A DNA stretch of 60,912 nt from IMG/VR virus record IMGVR_UViG_3300038620_000113, positions 1-60,912 of that record. One strand, 5' to 3'. Source of the stretch: a virus. Taxonomy: Duplodnaviria; Caudoviricetes. Made by a program: the position numbers and the translations under genes. Positions within the stretch are counted from its first letter, which is position 1, and each line of letters starts with the position of its first letter. This document shows, in pieces, positions 58,052 through 60,912 of the stretch. The notes under the pieces were generated by a model, which saw only the letters and a program-made list of their open reading frames with translations, searched no databases and was not told the origin of the DNA.

Positions 58052-59458
58052 TTATTGAGTTACTATTAGACCTTCAACATCAGAAACAGCTTCAACATCT
58101 TTTTTTCTAAAATCTTTAGGATTCATAGAACAATCAAAGTAACCCCCGACCTTTTTAGGTGCACCTTCAAGGGATCTTAAATCGTTACGCCTACAGTTAA
58201 AATTACCTCCGACTTTTTCGGGTGCACCTTGAAGAGTTGTTAATCTATTGTCTTCACAAAAAAAATCATTTTTAATTTCTTTAGGCATACCTTTAAGAGA
58301 ACTTATTTTGTTCTGGGTGCAATCAAACCTACCCCCAATCTTTTTAGGAGCACCTTCAAGTGATTCTAGTTTGTTGTCAGCACAACTAAAACGTTCGCCA
58401 ACTTTTTTAGGGGTACCCTCAAGAGTTTTTAGATTATTTTCAATACAGTGAAAATCACCACTAACATATCCAAATTTATAGTTTTTTGTAATTTTTTTAA
58501 AAACTTCAGGTTGGTTTGATAAATTAACAGTTCCTTTAACATTAATTGTATTTCCATCTATTTCAAAAGTTCCCTCAACAAAATCACTTAATACAGTTTT
58601 AATTGGAGTATCTGGATTATATGCACATCTTCCCTCATCATACAGTCCTTTAAGCTGTTCGTATCTAGTTTTACTTAGTTTTTGATTCTTTTCAAGCCAT
58701 GCATCAACTGTCTCTTTAAAGCCATTAACAGGGGTTCCTTTAATTTCATTATCATAATCCCTAAATAAAGCAATTTCTTCACTGTCTTCACTGACGTATG
58801 GTTTTATTAAAACCCGTGCAACGGGGTTATTAATGTTCAAATCATCTTTTTTAATTAAATAAGCTATAATTGTTCCCTTTTTAACATCTTCCATTATATA
58901 AAATTTTTGACTTCCAGTATTTAAATTCATGCATGAAGTCCAACCTCTTTCATCTTCTTCACCGTATAAATGGGTGCTCATTCCTGCAATGTCGTATGGA
59001 TGGCGTGAAATAACTACAAGATAATCACTTTTATCTCTTTGAGTTGATTTCTTATTAAGTTCTTTTTCGTAATCACTTTTTAACTTTTGAACATTTATAT
59101 CACTCTTTTTAAGACCACTATCTTTCATTAAAACTTTTACAATACTTGTTGTTCTTTTATCCGAAACTGCTAGGTTTTGGTTAAAATCTTCAACTTCATA
59201 ATTTGTATATTCTAAGGCTTTTTTAATTCTATCCCTAACATCTTTACTTATCTTTTGTTTTTGTTCTTCGGATTCTTTAAGTTCTAAGTAAAGTCTGTAT
59301 TTGGGTTTTCCATTTTCCTTCTTTCCAAATATATCCTGATAGAATTTTTCACCTCCAGCTTCTTTCCATGCTTTAATATAAGATTTAGCTTGACTTGGAT
59401 GGAGTGCTTCATCAATGGAACTCGAATTAATGTATTCTTGGAAAGATTTTAAGCGCAT
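58052..59458 (-). CDS. putative head-packaged protein with C-terminal 22-aa LRR-like repeats
   Basis: MRLKSFQEY; ISRHPYDIAGMS..WTSCM; five N.L..LEGAPKKVGG.F.C repeats. Confidence 0.65.
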   Translation of the reverse strand: MRLKSFQEYINSSSIDEALHPSQAKSYIKAWKEAGGEKFYQDIFGKKENGKPKYRLYLELKESEEQKQKISKDVRDRIKKALEYTNYEVEDFNQNLAVSDKRTTSIVKVLMKDSGLKKSDINVQKLKSDYEKELNKKSTQRDKSDYLVVISRHPYDIAGMSTHLYGEEDERGWTSCMNLNTGSQKFYIMEDVKKGTIIAYLIKKDDLNINNPVARVLIKPYVSEDSEEIALFRDYDNEIKGTPVNGFKETVDAWLEKNQKLSKTRYEQLKGLYDEGRCAYNPDTPIKTVLSDFVEGTFEIDGNTINVKGTVNLSNQPEVFKKITKNYKFGYVSGDFHCIENNLKTLEGTPKKVGERFSCADNKLESLEGAPKKIGGRFDCTQNKISSLKGMPKEIKNDFFCEDNRLTTLQGAPEKVGGNFNCRRNDLRSLEGAPKKVGGYFDCSMNPKDFRKKDVEAVSDVEGLIVTQ

Positions 59459-59499
59459 TGTTAGTTTCTATATTTATTTATAACTCGACAAATTCAAAA

Positions 59500-59868
59500 C
59501 TACTTCTTAACCACCACACCAAATTTATTGTGTTCTTGAATTTGAACATTAATATAAACTGCATTTGTAAGACGGGCTGGATCTATTGCATTAACAGTTA
59601 TATTTACGGGGTACTTAGAAGCTAGTGGTAAATAAAAATTAATTTGTGATTCTATTTCATTTTCAATTCTACTAAGTGTCATGCTTTGCATAGCGTTAAA
59701 GAGATAATCTAATATTCCTGTTCCATATTCAGGTGTTCCAAGAACTTCTCCACGTTCTGTAAAAATTAACATATTGATTTGTTGTGTAAGCATTTCAATT
59801 TCATCGGTTTCTTCTAACTTGACAACATATGATGGATCATTTTCTGTTCTAGCGTATACATCTTCCAT
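59500..59868 (-). CDS. baseplate wedge subunit (gp25-like)
   Basis: IFTERGEVLGTPEYGTGILDYLF. Confidence 0.8.
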   Translation of the reverse strand: MEDVYARTENDPSYVVKLEETDEIEMLTQQINMLIFTERGEVLGTPEYGTGILDYLFNAMQSMTLSRIENEIESQINFYLPLASKYPVNITVNAIDPARLTNAVYINVQIQEHNKFGVVVKK

Positions 59869-59901
59869 TTACAGATATTACTTTTTTATTATATTTATTC
59901 T

Positions 59902-60339
59902 TTATAATGAAATATTTTCTATTTTATGAAGTTTCTTTTTTAATTTTAATTTTTTCAAATAATCATAACTTACTTCTGTTTGTTCACCATTTTCAGAAAA
60001 GAAGTATCTAATAATTTCTTTAGAATATCTAGGAGAAAATGAAATAATAGCGGGTCCTGATAATCTATGTGGCAATCCTGTAAGACAATTAACAACACCG
60101 GTATCAGTTCCAAATTTATCTAAATACAAGTATTCGTATTCAATGTCCATCATTTGAATTAATTCATCCCAATTATCAACTTTTTGAAAAAATAATGTAT
60201 GTGGTTTTGATGAATTATTACAACATTTTAAAAATATAGGATTCTTAGATTCCCTTCTTATTCCTAAAACCGAGTAAAAAATTTCGTGTTTTAAAGTTTC
60301 CCAGTACACCATTATTTTAAACTTTTTATAATTTACCAT
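59902..60339 (-). CDS. hypothetical protein (MVNxKK/DGP family)
   Basis: MVNYKKF, HRLSGPA, KLKLKKKL. Confidence 0.55.
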   Translation of the reverse strand: MVNYKKFKIMVYWETLKHEIFYSVLGIRRESKNPIFLKCCNNSSKPHTLFFQKVDNWDELIQMMDIEYEYLYLDKFGTDTGVVNCLTGLPHRLSGPAIISFSPRYSKEIIRYFFSENGEQTEVSYDYLKKLKLKKKLHKIENISL

Positions 60340-60380
60340 AATTAGGTTTAATTAGTCAATCACTAAATAAATACAAAAAA

Positions 60381-60680
60381 ATGCATAAAACAGTTAAAAA
60401 GTGGGATGCCACAAAGAAAAAGCATGTTTTTCATAATGATAATGATTCACCATCATTTATAACATTTTATAAAAACGGTAACACTAAAAAAGAAATCTAT
60501 TATAAAAATGGTTTTATACACAGAATGGAAGGACCTGCGGTTATAGAATATGACAAAAGTGGTAATATTACAAAAGAAAGTTACTTTATAGAAGGTTCAA
60601 AACTAACTAAGCGCGAATTCAATTTTTGGAAGTTAAAAAGAATTATCTTGAATACGGACTTTAGTAAAATTAACTACTAA
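60381..60680 (+). CDS. HRxxGPA-repeat protein
   Basis: YKNGFIHRMEGPAVIEY. Confidence 0.6.
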   Translation: MHKTVKKWDATKKKHVFHNDNDSPSFITFYKNGNTKKEIYYKNGFIHRMEGPAVIEYDKSGNITKESYFIEGSKLTKREFNFWKLKRIILNTDFSKINY

Positions 60681-60912
60681 GCATCATAAAGCTTAATTCA
60701 CCAAGACAAACCGCGCGAGTATTTCTAATGTAGATATCGCTGTTTTTATGAAAATGTCCATACATCCAAAATGATGGTTCATTTCCAGTGTCAATTAACC
60801 ATTCATAAACATACTGTAAAAAGTTTCTTTCTCTGTCCATATCTTTTTTTAGTGAATGTGCATCATAAGAAAACTTTTTTAGAAAGTAAATAGTAACCTG
60901 CACGAATGGAAA
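60670..60912 (-). CDS. metallophosphoesterase, C-terminal part (runs off window end)
   Basis: WMYGHFH motif. Confidence 0.6.
   Translation of the reverse strand, partial: FPFVQVTIYFLKKFSYDAHSLKKDMDRERNFLQYVYEWLIDTGNEPSFWMYGHFHKNSDIYIRNTRAVCLGELSFMMLSS

Noticed and set aside
2270-58451. Many short overlapping ORFs in the track (e.g. 3267, 14556, 21402, 26099, 39723, 51691)
   Set aside because: Antisense or alternate-frame shadows of well-supported genes
1-60912. Genome-wide TAG reassignment, suggested by in-frame TAGs at 48992, 10524 and in 53598-54243
   Set aside because: Conserved genes are full length under code 11, several end naturally at TAG, and no suppressor tRNA is seen

Overview
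AT-rich (roughly 28% GC by eye) fragment of a large T4-like (jumbo) myophage. A-rich leaders without Shine-Dalgarno motifs and the promoter shape suggest a host in the Bacteroidota/FCB group (inference). It carries a leftward replication/recombination block (PolB C-terminal half, UvsX, gp41 helicase, gp47, three Dam paralogs), a candidate origin at the strand switch, nrdA/nrdB, a gp55-like sigma, terminase and baseplate genes, five tRNAs, RNA-repair enzymes and several DNA-modification enzymes. Most notable: (1) two tRNA-led arrays of structure-conserved hairpin units (stem-CAA-stem-UUCCU-variable 22-27 nt loop-UA-stem-C-stem) directly upstream of a 625-aa protein with a TerD-like C-terminus, a candidate new RNA-protein system; (2) about 17 late genes sharing a T4-internal-protein-like capsid-targeting leader, including a CCA-adding enzyme and three ART-like paralogs; (3) a terminase fragment ending in a probable split-intein N-half; (4) an IS607-like TnpB element inserted in the last codons of a mom-like gene. 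All calls come from motif reading only; no searches were run.
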